From an uncultured bacterium (GTDB lineage: Bacteria > Verrucomicrobiota > Verrucomicrobiia > Verrucomicrobiales > V1-33): DNA of 64,000 nucleotides. A program made the translations under genes and the position numbers. Below the pieces are notes generated by a model. That model had not been told where the DNA came from, searched no databases, and was given only the letters and a program-made list of their open reading frames with translations. Each line of letters starts with the position of its first letter. Positions within the stretch are counted from its first letter, which is position 1. This document shows, one piece after another, positions 7,787 through 17,431 of the stretch. The stretch lies in contig CAIZWU010000198.1 of assembly GCA_903936775.1 (NCBI GenBank), positions 48-64,047 on the forward strand, in the 5' to 3' direction.

Positions 7787-9880
7787 CTAGGCACTGGCTT
7801 CCGCCTGTGCCAGCACGGTGTCGAAGGGTACCTCCGAGAGCAGCCCAAAGCAGGCGTGTTTGGTCAGGCGGTCGCGCTGGGTGGCAGGACTGCTGATGCC
7901 GCAGAGAAAGCGGGCGAGTTGCCGGGGGTGCCGCAGGGCAGGGAGCCGCTCCCTGACGAGGTGGCGGATCTGTCCGGCTTCCTCCAACCGGATGGGCCGC
8001 GGCGCGGCCGCAGGCAGTGGGGCAGGGGATTTGTCAGGCGCCCGGCAGCGGGTGCAGTGACCGCAACCTGGCGCGCCGTCCTCGCCGAAATACGCCAACA
8101 GGCGGCGGCTGAGGCAATCCGGTGCGGTCAGGAAATCCAGCACCTCCTGCAGGCGCCGGCGGGCCGCGGTCTCCTGACTGGCTATGGTTGAGGCAAACTC
8201 CGTGATCCAGGCGGACGGCGGGCGGGTGGAATCATGATTAGTTAGTTGCCAGGTTTCCTGCCGCTCCTGGGGCCGGACCTGAAGATCGCCACAGGCTTCC
8301 AGTTCGCGGAGAAATTCAGCGAGGATTTCCGGTTCCGTTTCAAGGGCCTCCGCGGCGGTGCGCAAGTCTACCGGAATGCGGCCCCAAACCCGTTCCTTCT
8401 TTTCCAGCAGGTGCCTGATCCACGCCTGTTCCCGCCGGGGATGCCCAGCGGCCAGTTGTTCCTCGCGCCGGATCAATTTGACGCGGCAGGTCAGCCACGT
8501 GCTAGGGCCGGCGGTCATGATGCCGGCCATTTCCAAGCGGGCGAGTATGGTGTCCAGCACGGCGGGCCTGACATCAGCACGGCGGCTCAATTGCCAGCGG
8601 GAGAAGGAAGGATTCTGGCCTTGGCGCAGGAATGAATCGAGGCACAGGCGGAGGCCTTCAAGGGTGGGAGTGTCCCCGAGGATGTAGTTTTCCAGCACGG
8701 TCAGGTCCTCCGCCGAGGCGAGGACTTCGCCATGGGCGGACTTGCCGTCGCGTCCGGCGCGGCCGGTCTCCTGGAGATAATTTTCGAGGGAGCGGGGCAG
8801 GTCGTAGTGAAATACGGCCCGGACCCCCGGGAGATCGATGCCCATGCCAAAGGCGGTGGTGGCGACCATGACGGCACAGTGCCCAGACAAAAAAGCATCT
8901 TGCGCTTCGCTGCGCTGGTCATCGGGCAGTCCGGCATGGTAGGCCCTGGCCGCGAACCCGCTGCGTTGCAGGGCAGTGGCCACGGATTCGGCGGTTTCCT
9001 GGCGGGTCACATAAACGATCGCCGGCAGGCGTCCCGCGGCGGCCAGGCGTTTCGCGAGCACGGCGGGGCGGCGGGCTGCCAGGGTGGGATTGACGTGGAG
9101 CCGGAGATTGGGCCGGTCCATGGGTGTGCGCACCACCGCGTCTTCAGCCAGCTGGAAGGCCCGGCAGATCGAGGTTACAGCGGGAGGCGTCGCGGTGGCG
9201 GTCAGCGCGAGCAGCGGAACTCCGGGGAAAAGCTCCGGGAGGCGGGCGAGCCGCAGGTAGTCGGGGCGGAAGTTGTGGCCCCATTCCACGAGGCAATGGG
9301 CCTCATCGACCGCAATGAGCGGGCAGGACAAGGTGCGCAGGACCTCCAGGCAGGCTGGCCGGAGGAAGCGTTCAGGGGAAAGGTAGAGCAACTTCAGGCG
9401 CCCTGCCGCCAACTCAGCAAGGACGGCATCCTGCTCGGTCAGGGAAAGGGTGGAATCGAGCCGTGCCGCCGCGATACCCCGTTTCTGCAGGGCTTCCACC
9501 TGATCGCGCATCAGGGCGAGCAGTGGGGAGATCACGAGGGTGGTGCCGGGAAGGATGAGGGCAGGGACTTGGTAGCAAAGCGATTTACCTCCGCCGGTGG
9601 GGAGCAGGGCGAGGGTGGATTGCCGGGCGAGGAGGCGGGCCATGACCGCTTCCTGGCCGGGTCGGAAGTTTTTGTGGCCAAAGTGCTTTTTGAGGGCAGC
9701 CTTGGCTTTGGCGAGGGCTTTGGTGAGGGCTTTGGTTTTGAGTAACTCAGCAGGAGCTTCGTCCACCCCGGACCTGCGGTCCGGATCAGTTGGATGGACG
9801 AAGCTCCCTCTGAGTTCGTCGGAAGGCAGGGGGTTGCTGCCCACAGGCGGGACGCCAGTGCTCCTATCTTTGTCCGTCAT
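7787..9880 (-). CDS. recQ: RecQ family ATP-dependent DNA helicase (true start uncertain, may lie near 9740-9770)
   Basis: FGHKNFRPGQE, LPTGGGKSLCYQVP, VDEAHC..WGHNFRPDY, QETGRAGRDG and a Zn-binding C..CGHCTRC motif. Confidence 0.92.
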   Translation of the reverse strand: MTDKDRSTGVPPVGSNPLPSDELRGSFVHPTDPDRRSGVDEAPAELLKTKALTKALAKAKAALKKHFGHKNFRPGQEAVMARLLARQSTLALLPTGGGKSLCYQVPALILPGTTLVISPLLALMRDQVEALQKRGIAAARLDSTLSLTEQDAVLAELAAGRLKLLYLSPERFLRPACLEVLRTLSCPLIAVDEAHCLVEWGHNFRPDYLRLARLPELFPGVPLLALTATATPPAVTSICRAFQLAEDAVVRTPMDRPNLRLHVNPTLAARRPAVLAKRLAAAGRLPAIVYVTRQETAESVATALQRSGFAARAYHAGLPDDQRSEAQDAFLSGHCAVMVATTAFGMGIDLPGVRAVFHYDLPRSLENYLQETGRAGRDGKSAHGEVLASAEDLTVLENYILGDTPTLEGLRLCLDSFLRQGQNPSFSRWQLSRRADVRPAVLDTILARLEMAGIMTAGPSTWLTCRVKLIRREEQLAAGHPRREQAWIRHLLEKKERVWGRIPVDLRTAAEALETEPEILAEFLRELEACGDLQVRPQERQETWQLTNHDSTRPPSAWITEFASTIASQETAARRRLQEVLDFLTAPDCLSRRLLAYFGEDGAPGCGHCTRCRAPDKSPAPLPAAAPRPIRLEEAGQIRHLVRERLPALRHPRQLARFLCGISSPATQRDRLTKHACFGLLSEVPFDTVLAQAEASA
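9744..9816. repeat. Nested palindromic (REP-like) element
   Basis: 22-bp arms AACTCAGCAGGAGCTTCGTCCA / TGGACGAAGCTCCCTCTGAGTT (2 mismatches) enclose the inner hairpin CCGGACC-TGC-GGTCCGG. Confidence 0.75.
9842..9866. repeat. REP-like hairpin CACAGGCGGGACGCCAGTG
   Basis: CACAGGCG-GGA-CGCCAGTG stem. It resembles the ACAGGCGGGACGCCTGTG repeat that I recall as common in PVC genomes and reads STGVPPV on the minus strand. Confidence 0.6.
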
Positions 9881-10592
9881 ACCAGATGTCGCAGGATTCG
9901 CGGCGCTTCAGGGTCCGGCCGCCGCTGAGGATAGTCTTCAGCAGCCAGGCCAGATGATGCCAGGGGTGGTGCATCTGGAGTTTCCGCGGGGAGGTGGGCA
10001 TGGGGTGCTCCGTCAGGATTACGAATTCCTGCCGGTCGCGCCGGGCCAGTTTTTTGAGCTTCTTGGACAGGAAAATTTCCTCACCGGCAAAAAAGGCTGT
10101 GTCGAACCCACCCGCCTCCCGGAAGGCGGCGGTCCTGACAAACAGAAACGATCCCGCTGCGTAGCGGCAACGTGTGGAGATCCAATGCCAGATGGCCAGG
10201 GCGTTGCGGGCACCCCGGTCTTCCAGCGGCATGTCCAGGAGGCTGCCGCCGCCGAGGATGTGGGGATTCTGCAACGCCCGGGCCAGATCAGCGAAGAGTT
10301 CCCCGGAAGGCGTGGAGTCGGCGTCCACGAAGAGCAGCCATTCCCCGGTGGCTGCGGCGGCTCCGGTATTCCGCGCCCGGCCGATTTGGTTCACCAATTC
10401 AAAAACCACCTGGGCTCCATGGGCGACTGCCACTCTGCCGGTGCGGTCGGTGGAGTTGTTGTCACAGACGATCAATTCCCATGTGATCCCGGCCGGTTCC
10501 AGGGAGGCCACGGCGGCCGCACGAATTGCTGCCAAGGTATCCGGCAGCAATTTCTCCTCATTCCAGGCGGGGATGACAATAGCGAGGAACAT
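9864..10592 (-). CDS. Glycosyltransferase family 2 protein
   Basis: LAIVIPAWNEE, IVCDNNSTD, ARNTGA, the DxD motif FVDAD, and GGFD..F..EE. Confidence 0.9.
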   Translation of the reverse strand: MFLAIVIPAWNEEKLLPDTLAAIRAAAVASLEPAGITWELIVCDNNSTDRTGRVAVAHGAQVVFELVNQIGRARNTGAAAATGEWLLFVDADSTPSGELFADLARALQNPHILGGGSLLDMPLEDRGARNALAIWHWISTRCRYAAGSFLFVRTAAFREAGGFDTAFFAGEEIFLSKKLKKLARRDRQEFVILTEHPMPTSPRKLQMHHPWHHLAWLLKTILSGGRTLKRRESCDIWYDGQR

Positions 10593-10632
10593 GGGCGTGG
10601 AAAAATAGGGGGGAGGATCCTGGGCAGGAACG

Positions 10633-11016
10633 TTATAGGGGCGTTGGTGGTTTGGCGAAATAACGCACCATGGGCAGGCTTTTAAAATGCTCGTCCTGGG
10701 TCCAGAGCGTCGCTTTATGGCGCATCGCGGTGGCATAGATGAGGCTGTCCGCCAGCGGCAGCGGATAGCGCGCCGCTTCCAGCGCCAGCGGGCCATCCAA
10801 GTCGATCAGCCGGCCGCTTTGCATCAGGCAGGCGGCTTGGAGCGCGTCATCTTCACCGCGCTCCCGGAGAACTTTTTTGAAGACCTCATAAAGCGTGATG
10901 ACCGGAATGATCAGGTTTTCCGCATCCTCAATGGCTGCCGCGAACAAGGGAGCGCGGTCGCTATCCGCAAAATATTCCAGCCAGCCGGAGGAGTCCACGA
11001 CATTGGCCGCGCTCAC
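10633..11016 (-). CDS. vapC: Type II toxin, PIN-domain ribonuclease (VapC family)
   Basis: VVDSSGWLEY, ITLYEV, LPLADSLIYATA and LWTQDEHF supply the four acidic PIN catalytic positions. Confidence 0.9.
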   Translation of the reverse strand: MSAANVVDSSGWLEYFADSDRAPLFAAAIEDAENLIIPVITLYEVFKKVLRERGEDDALQAACLMQSGRLIDLDGPLALEAARYPLPLADSLIYATAMRHKATLWTQDEHFKSLPMVRYFAKPPTPL

Positions 11017-11219
11017 CGGCGGTCCTCCTCCCGGGGGAGGGTGGTGTCCATGCCCCGGAGGAAACCCCTCATCTGTTGAATGGGTCGGACCGGAATGAAT
11101 TCCACCCGGTCGCCGTATCGCAACACCCGGAGCTTCTCACCCGCCGTCAAATGCAGCGCCTCCCGGATGGCCAGAGGAATGACAACCTGGAATTTCGGGG
11201 AAAGAGTGACGGTATCCAT
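11013..11219 (-). CDS. vapB: AbrB/MazE/SpoVT-fold antitoxin (VapB-like)
   Basis: TVTLSPKFQVVIPLAIREALHLTAGEKL swapped-hairpin motif; 4-bp overlap with the PIN gene. Confidence 0.88.
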   Translation of the reverse strand: MDTVTLSPKFQVVIPLAIREALHLTAGEKLRVLRYGDRVEFIPVRPIQQMRGFLRGMDTTLPREEDRR

Positions 11220-11261
11220 ATCGATAACGCTACAGTATGACGCAGGCTTGATCGATGCAAG
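11220..11261 (-). promoter_or_regulatory. Candidate vapBC promoter/operator
   Basis: Minus strand reads TTGCAT-15 bp-CATACT. Two ATCGAT palindromes (11220-11225, 11251-11256) are present, the second inside the near-palindrome CTTGATCGATGCAAG. Confidence 0.4.
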
Positions 11262-11387
11262 TGTGCGAATCGGTCCCGTATTGGCTGGCGGTAAATGACG
11301 ATCATGTTTATCAAAAACACAGCGTTCCGGACCGTTTTGGATTTGCTTTTGAAGGAAAATATTGAGCGGACAGATTGCCCGCCCGCC

Positions 11388-13265
11388 TCAGGTCTCGGCC
11401 GGAGCCTGTTCCATGGCAGCGAGGTCTTCGAGGGCTTTTTCCCAGCGTTCGGTAGTTTTGGTGAGGAGGTCCTGGACGTCCATGAGGCTGCGGTTCAGGC
11501 GCATCGCTTCGTGGGGTTTGTCATAGGTGGCGGGGAGTTCGAGTTCGAGGGCGAGGTCGGCTTGTTTTTTCTCGAGGTCGGTGATGAGTTTCTCCATCTC
11601 GGAGACGGATTTTTTAAGGTTCCGTTTGGTGGCGAGGGCGGCTTCGCGGCGTTGGTTTTCGGCCTTTTTTTCCTCGCGGGTTTTGAAGAGTTTGACGGGT
11701 TCGGCGGCAGCGGCCGGGATGACTTCTCCGGCGCGGGAATCGGTCAGGGCTTCGCCGGAGACGAGGGAGGCGCGCCCGGAGGTCTGGTTGGATTTTTCGA
11801 GATAATATTGATAGTCCCCGGCGTAGGAGGTGAGCTTGCCGGCACTGATGTGGAGGACGGTGGTGGCGAGTTTGCGGATGAAGTGGACATCGTGACTGAT
11901 GAAGATGAGGGTGCCGGTGAAGGCTTCCATGGCACCGATGAGGGCGTCGATACTGGCCATGTCCAGGTGCGTGGTCGGTTCATCCATCAGGAGCAGATTC
12001 GGCGGGTCGAGCAGCAGTTTGCACAGGGAAAGGCGGCTTTTCTCCCCCCCGCTGAGGACCCCGACGGGTTTGAAGACATCTTCGCCGCTGAAGAGGAAAC
12101 TACCGAGGAGATTGCGCACCATCTGCTCGGGGACGTGGTTTTCCAGGTCCATGGCTTCGGCGAGGACGGTGCGGTTCATCTGGAGGGTTTCCTGACGATT
12201 CTGCGCGAAGTAACCGACGCGGACATTGTGGCCGGGGATGCGTTCGCCGCTCTGGGGAACGAGGACGCCGGCGAGGATCTTCAGCAGCGTGGATTTTCCA
12301 GCACCGTTAGGACCGACAAGGACGGTGCGTTGGCCGCGCTCAGCTTCGAAGTTCAGGCCTTCATAGATTTTCAGCTCAGGATAGGAGAATTCCACGTCTT
12401 TCAGGTTGATGGCCCGGATGCCGCTGCGGGGCGGTTGGGGGAATCGGAAGGCGACGGTTTTCGCGGCGGCCATGGGCGCGGCGATTTTCTCCATGGCATC
12501 GATTTGCTTCAGCTTGGACTGGGCCTGCGCGGCTTTGCTGGCTTTGGCGCGGAAGCGGTCGGCGAAGTCCTGGAGCTTTTTGATTTCGCGCTGCTGGTTT
12601 TCGTAAGCGGCGAGGTGCTGCTCTTCCCGGGCAATTTTTTCGCGGCAATAGGATTCGTAATTGCCAGTGTAGAAGTTGAGCCGCTCGTGGGCGATCTCGA
12701 CGACTTTTTTGATGAGCTGGTTGAGAAATTCCCGGTCGTGGGAAATCATCAGAATACCGCCCGGATAGGTTTTCAGATACTCCTGGAACCAGCCGAGGGA
12801 TTCGAGGTCGAGGTGATTGGTGGGTTCGTCGAGGAGGAGGAGATCCGGTTCCTGGACGAGGAGACGGGCCAGGTGGGCGCGCATCACCCAGCCGCCACTG
12901 AGGGCTTTGGCGGGGCGGTTGAAGTCGGATTCCCGGAAGGCGAGGCCGCGCAGGATGCGTTTGGCTTTGGGTTCGGCTTCCCAGCCGAGGGAATCGGCCA
13001 TGTGGGAGGTGGCCATTTCCAGCACCGTTTCATCTCCCACGGGGGCGCTTTCCTGCGGAAGATAACCGAAAGTGACGCCACGTTCGAGCAGGACCTTGCC
13101 GGAGTCGGGCGCTTCCTCCCCGAGGATGATGCTGAAGAGGGTGGACTTGCCGGCGCCGTTGGGACCGACGAGGCCAAGGCGGTCGCCCCTCATGAGTTGG
13201 AGGGAGGCCTGATCGAAGAGGACGCGGCCGGCGTAGGCTTTGCTGATGTTATTGAGTTGAAGCAT
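11388..13265 (-). CDS. ABC-F family ATPase (YheS/Uup/YdiF-like)
   Basis: Two ABC cassettes (GPNGAGKST twice; LSGGWVMR, LSGGEKSR; DEPTNHLD, DEPTTHLD), an interdomain linker and a C-terminal coiled coil; no TM helices. Confidence 0.93.
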   Translation of the reverse strand: MLQLNNISKAYAGRVLFDQASLQLMRGDRLGLVGPNGAGKSTLFSIILGEEAPDSGKVLLERGVTFGYLPQESAPVGDETVLEMATSHMADSLGWEAEPKAKRILRGLAFRESDFNRPAKALSGGWVMRAHLARLLVQEPDLLLLDEPTNHLDLESLGWFQEYLKTYPGGILMISHDREFLNQLIKKVVEIAHERLNFYTGNYESYCREKIAREEQHLAAYENQQREIKKLQDFADRFRAKASKAAQAQSKLKQIDAMEKIAAPMAAAKTVAFRFPQPPRSGIRAINLKDVEFSYPELKIYEGLNFEAERGQRTVLVGPNGAGKSTLLKILAGVLVPQSGERIPGHNVRVGYFAQNRQETLQMNRTVLAEAMDLENHVPEQMVRNLLGSFLFSGEDVFKPVGVLSGGEKSRLSLCKLLLDPPNLLLMDEPTTHLDMASIDALIGAMEAFTGTLIFISHDVHFIRKLATTVLHISAGKLTSYAGDYQYYLEKSNQTSGRASLVSGEALTDSRAGEVIPAAAAEPVKLFKTREEKKAENQRREAALATKRNLKKSVSEMEKLITDLEKKQADLALELELPATYDKPHEAMRLNRSLMDVQDLLTKTTERWEKALEDLAAMEQAPAET

Positions 13266-13350
13266 GGAGGGGGAAAGAAGCGCGCAATGTCTCCGTTCCG
13301 CCCTCCAATGCAAGGCACCAATGCCGTTTCTGGGCCGGGACGTTCCGCGC

Positions 13351-16281
13351 TTACTTGAGCGTCATCAGAAAGGCCTTCACGTCTTCCAATTCCTGGGGCT
13401 TCAGGATCAGGCCCATCGGAGGCATCGGGGAAACCGGGGTGGCGGTGTAGGATTCGGACAGTTTGGCGTTGGGTTCAATGAGGCTTTCGGTGATGTAGGC
13501 CGCGTCCTTGCGGGTGGCGAGGCCATCGAGGGGTGGGCCGACCGCACTGCCTTTACCACCAAGCATATGGCAGTTCACACAACCAGCGACGGGGTGTTTC
13601 CAGAAGATGTCCGCGCCACGTTTGGCGTCTCCCGCGACCGCGGTGTCGGTTTCAGCTTCGGGGATGAGTTCGCAGAATTTGACATCATCAAAGTGGCTGT
13701 CGCCCTTGGCCACGTGGAGCAGATTGATGCTGGCTTTGGTGGCGCTGCCGCTGTTGTAGGTGACTTCCACCTGGGTCCAATCAGCATTGCGGGTGACTTT
13801 CTCGGTCTCATGACGGTTCAGATGGTCATTCAGACTCACCTTGCCGCGCAGGTTGTTGGTTTTAATCCACGCGCTGAGGCGGTATTCGGTGTTCGGCTTC
13901 AGTTCCACGTCGGCATACAGGCTGGTGTCCGCCGGGCTGTTGGTGATGCAGCGCACGGATTTGCTGCCGCTGTGGGTCCAGCCAGCCAAGCTTACAGTGG
14001 ACCATTTGGCCGATTGGTTGGCTGGAATATCCTGATAGTCGCGGCGTTTCCAGCCTTCGGGCAATCCATCGCTGCCGGTGGTTTCGAAGCTGGGATTTGG
14101 CAGCAGGTTGGGTCCTTCCGTGGAGGCTTCCGCCTGGTGTTTTTTCAAAAGCAGGCGGGAGGCATCCTTCAGCCATTCATCGGATTTCACCTCCGCATTC
14201 AGGGCGAGCTGTTTCACGAGGGTTTTGATCTCGGGGGTGGTGGGGAATTCCGCCAGTTTGACAAAAGCCGCAAGACGCGTGGTGAGGTCAGGATCATTCA
14301 CCACTCCGGAGCCGAAGTAGCGGGCGATGGAAGCCGGATCATTGCCGAGGGCGCGGACGGCATTGCGGCGCAGGCGGGCATCCTTGGCATAAAGTGCCGC
14401 GGTGAAGGTGGCGTCATCGAGGGCTCCGAGGCCCTGCAGCGACCACAAGGCATGCAAAGCTGCGACTGATCCATCGTTGGCGATAACCAGCTGCTTCAAG
14501 GCTTCGGCTGCGGAGGCGTGTTTGCCTTCAACCAGCAAACGCTGGGCGGTAAGGCGGCGTTCCTGCACGGAGGAAGACAGACCCGCCACCAGGGAAGCCG
14601 GTTCCTTGGCATTGAGTTGGACGGGCTGGTTGGGCTGGGCGGCTTTGTTCCAGGTCACGCGGTAGATGCGGCCCCGGGAGTGATCGCGCAGGTCGTTTTT
14701 GTGCGCCCCGCCGACGCCGGTTTCCGCTTTGTAGCCGCCCCGGTCCTCGGTCGGGGTGGGATTGTGCTGGATGATGAAGTTTTGCCAGTCAGCGACCCAG
14801 ACGGCGCCGTCCGGCCCCACCTCGGCAAAGACCGGCGACATCCACTCGTCGCTGCTGGCCAGCAGGTTGAAGCCATCGCCAGCGACGGCTCCGGCCCCGG
14901 CGGCTTTCACGTCCATCAGGGAAACCGTCTTCATGGTCGGCTCGCAGACCATCGCCATGCCCTGCAGGCGCGGAGGGAGTTTGTCGGATTCGATGAAGCT
15001 CGAACCGGCGGCGGCAGTGTAGCCGCCCATCACATCCACCTGACGGAAATTGGGGGTGATGGTGTGGACTTTTTCCTCCAGATTGATCTTCTTCGCCGTC
15101 ATCACACGCTGGCCGGGCGGGACTACTGTGGCCGGGATGCCGCCGTAGAACAGAGGCGCCCCATTGGCCGTGCCGCCGTATTGATCGCCCGCCGCATTGG
15201 CGCTGTGACCCCAGGAGTTGTTGGTGAACTGATGGAGAAACTCGAGGGCGGAGCCGTCCCCCTTGAAACGGTAGGTGCCCTGGGTGAACCGTTGGCGTTG
15301 CCCGCCGACTTCGCCATCAAAGGCGGAATAACCGACGCACCCGTAGAACCAGTTGTCGATCCCGTAGTGCAGGTTGTTGGCCTGGGCGTGGGTGTCGCCG
15401 ATGCCCCAGCCCGTGATCAGATCTTCCCTCGCATCGGCTTTGTCGTCCCCGTTGGTGTCCTTGAGGAAAAGAAAGCGCGGGGGCTGCGACACGATCAGTC
15501 CCCCATTGGCGAAGACCAGACTAGTGGGAATGTTCAGATTCTCCGCGAAGACGGTGAACTTGTCGGCCTTGCCGTCGCCGTTGGTGTCCTCACAGATTTT
15601 GATGCGGTCGTTTCCTTTGCCCTCCGGGGCCACTCCATGGGGATAGTCGCTGGTTTCAGCGACCCAGCAGCGGCCCCGGTCATCCCACGCGAGGGCGATC
15701 GGTTTGGTGATATCCGGCTCGCTGGCGAAGAGTTCCAGCTTCAGGTCGGGAGCCACCTGGGTGCGCTCCATGCTGCCTTTGACGCTGAGCGGATGTTGGA
15801 AAGTGAGGGGCTGCGGGCGCTTTTCGTAGTTGGCCACGTTGGGATTGGCCTCGCGTTTCTCGGGTTCGCGCTGGGAGAGGAGGGCCTGCCATTCCGCACG
15901 GCGGGTGGCCCCGGCCGCACTGAGGAGTTTTTCCTGCAGTGGCTTAAGAAATTCCGTCGTGCCCAGGGTGGCCCCGTCTCCGGCAAAGGACTCAATGACC
16001 AGCTTCGTTTTGTCGGCGCTGGCGAGGGCCGGGAAGCGGTCCGCGGCGCCCTCCACCAGCACGGCATCAAATTGCCCCACACTCTCCGCCGTCACTTGTG
16101 CCGGGTTGGAGGCGTAATCGAACCAAACGGCGTCGCGTCCCAATTCCCGCATCAGAATGTGACAGTGGTCCCGGCTGGCCGGGGAACTGTCCCCGAGGAA
16201 TAATACGCGGAGAGGCGACGGTGCCGCGGCGGCAAAAGCAGGAAGGGCCAAAGTGAAGGCGAGGGATAGTGAACGTTTCAT
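13351..16281 (-). CDS. PVC-type heme-binding CxxCH protein (putative membrane-bound dehydrogenase) with carbohydrate-binding-like insert
   Basis: Signal peptide, FASEPDITKPIALAWDDRGR..ETSDYP propeller, EDTNGDGKADK, GPDGAVWVADW, HEAT-like repeats, NLLPNPSFE CBM4/9-like domain, and C-terminal GDAKRGADIF..CVNCH..GPPL cytochrome c. Confidence 0.88.
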   Translation of the reverse strand: MKRSLSLAFTLALPAFAAAAPSPLRVLFLGDSSPASRDHCHILMRELGRDAVWFDYASNPAQVTAESVGQFDAVLVEGAADRFPALASADKTKLVIESFAGDGATLGTTEFLKPLQEKLLSAAGATRRAEWQALLSQREPEKREANPNVANYEKRPQPLTFQHPLSVKGSMERTQVAPDLKLELFASEPDITKPIALAWDDRGRCWVAETSDYPHGVAPEGKGNDRIKICEDTNGDGKADKFTVFAENLNIPTSLVFANGGLIVSQPPRFLFLKDTNGDDKADAREDLITGWGIGDTHAQANNLHYGIDNWFYGCVGYSAFDGEVGGQRQRFTQGTYRFKGDGSALEFLHQFTNNSWGHSANAAGDQYGGTANGAPLFYGGIPATVVPPGQRVMTAKKINLEEKVHTITPNFRQVDVMGGYTAAAGSSFIESDKLPPRLQGMAMVCEPTMKTVSLMDVKAAGAGAVAGDGFNLLASSDEWMSPVFAEVGPDGAVWVADWQNFIIQHNPTPTEDRGGYKAETGVGGAHKNDLRDHSRGRIYRVTWNKAAQPNQPVQLNAKEPASLVAGLSSSVQERRLTAQRLLVEGKHASAAEALKQLVIANDGSVAALHALWSLQGLGALDDATFTAALYAKDARLRRNAVRALGNDPASIARYFGSGVVNDPDLTTRLAAFVKLAEFPTTPEIKTLVKQLALNAEVKSDEWLKDASRLLLKKHQAEASTEGPNLLPNPSFETTGSDGLPEGWKRRDYQDIPANQSAKWSTVSLAGWTHSGSKSVRCITNSPADTSLYADVELKPNTEYRLSAWIKTNNLRGKVSLNDHLNRHETEKVTRNADWTQVEVTYNSGSATKASINLLHVAKGDSHFDDVKFCELIPEAETDTAVAGDAKRGADIFWKHPVAGCVNCHMLGGKGSAVGPPLDGLATRKDAAYITESLIEPNAKLSESYTATPVSPMPPMGLILKPQELEDVKAFLMTLK

Positions 16282-16321
16282 GTGGTGGCTGAAAAATATC
16301 GGGAGTAAGCAATCAGAAATG

Positions 16322-16369
16322 TTTTATACACGAAGGCCCAGCCGAAAATCCCGCCTCTTTTATATAAAA
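16322..16369. promoter_or_regulatory. Candidate operator upstream of the heme protein gene
   Basis: Perfect palindrome TTTTATATAAAA (16358-16369) and a degenerate copy TTTTATACACGA (16322-16333) in GC-rich surroundings. Confidence 0.3.
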
Positions 16370-16434
16370 TTGCGCAGCCCCGCCGCCTGTTGCCCCGGAC
16401 GGAGGTTTGAAACTGCCAGCGCCGGGACTCAGAC

Positions 16435-16472
16435 TCCTCCCTCATGCATCCTCCCTCATGCATCCTCCTTCA
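16435..16472. repeat. 14-bp tandem repeat, about 2.7 copies
   Basis: TCCTCCCTCATGCA TCCTCCCTCATGCA TCCTCCTTCA. Confidence 0.75.
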
Positions 16473-16619
16473 CAATGCTGCGGCGCGCTGCGCCTGAACG
16501 TTGGCACCACCTGGCGGGCAGCGGCGGCCGCATGTTGGATCGGCAGTGCCGGTCCGGCCCTCGCGGGGGGCGGTCCTCAGGGCCTGAACAATCGGGCTTG
16601 GAAACGCCTCCTGCTTGCG

Positions 16620-17140
16620 AACCAGGTGCATCATTTCGTCACCCTGAGGGCTAACAATAGACTGCGCGGCGTGGATAAGTGAGCCGGCTTTGGCGGATCG
16701 GGTTTGAAGCCGGAAGGGCAGGGACGCTTTTCCACCGCCATCGAACCGTGGGGACATTGGGGTGCCTGGACCCCGCCGGGCGGCTGGAATTTATACGGTT
16801 TTTGGCACGAAAAGAAACCCGCCAAGGACGGCAAGTTCCGGGGGAATTCCTTTGCCCTGCCGCCCGCCCTCATCCCGCATGGCCAATGGATCAGCGCTGA
16901 ATTCGTGCTGAAGCATAACACCCCCGGGCAGCCGGATGGGGAAGAGGCCTTCTGGATCGACGGCCAGATCCAGGGCACTGGAAAGGCATCAACTGGCGCA
17001 CCACCGAAGGCCTCAAGGCCAACGCCCCAACCCTGGAATCCTGCATCACCGACCGCTGGACGAAGCAGGCCGAGAATGTGGTGTCCTTCGTCAGCGTCGT
17101 CATTGCGAAACGTTATATCGGCCCGGTGGCGCGGAACTAG
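16620..17140 (+). pseudogene. Pseudogene fragment of a Trp-rich beta-sandwich (polysaccharide-lyase-like) protein
   Basis: HHFVTLRAN..VDK*AGFGGSG..RFSTAIEPWG..LKHNTPGQPDGEEAFWIDG has an in-frame TGA at 16680-16682. A -1 frameshift at about 16975 continues as HWKGINWRTT..ESCITDRWTK..VVIAKRYIGP to TAG at 17138-17140. No N-terminus is present. Confidence 0.7.
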
Positions 17141-17208
17141 CCTTGCAAGGTGCCCGGTCCATCCCGGGATTGCGAGGGACGCCCCGTGGCCCATGCTTGC
17201 CATCATCC

Positions 17209-17431
17209 ATGAAACTCCTGCTCCTTATGCTCCTGCCCCTGATCGCCAAGGCTTCCCGCGGAGCGGATTCCTATTTTCCCCCTCCAGATCGTGCCGGGGG
17301 CTGGCGCGAGGCGAAAACAGCCGCCGAGGTGCGGGACCTGGCCGGGATGGACCTCGCTAAACTGGAGCCGGCCTATGAGGTCACCCAGCGTTCCACCGCC
17401 CACGGTGGTCTGGTGGTGGTGCATGGGGGGT
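17209..17431 (+). pseudogene. N-terminal fragment of a secreted serine hydrolase (beta-lactamase-like)
   Basis: Signal peptide MKLLLLMLLPLIAKASRG, then YFPPPDRAGGWR..AGMDLAKL..GGLVVVHGGY. It breaks off before any SxxK motif. Confidence 0.55.

Noticed and set aside
16680-16682. In-frame TGA as possible Trp or selenocysteine recoding
   Set aside because: TGA is a normal stop for many genes in this window, and the same fragment also has a frameshift and no start, so decay is the simpler explanation.
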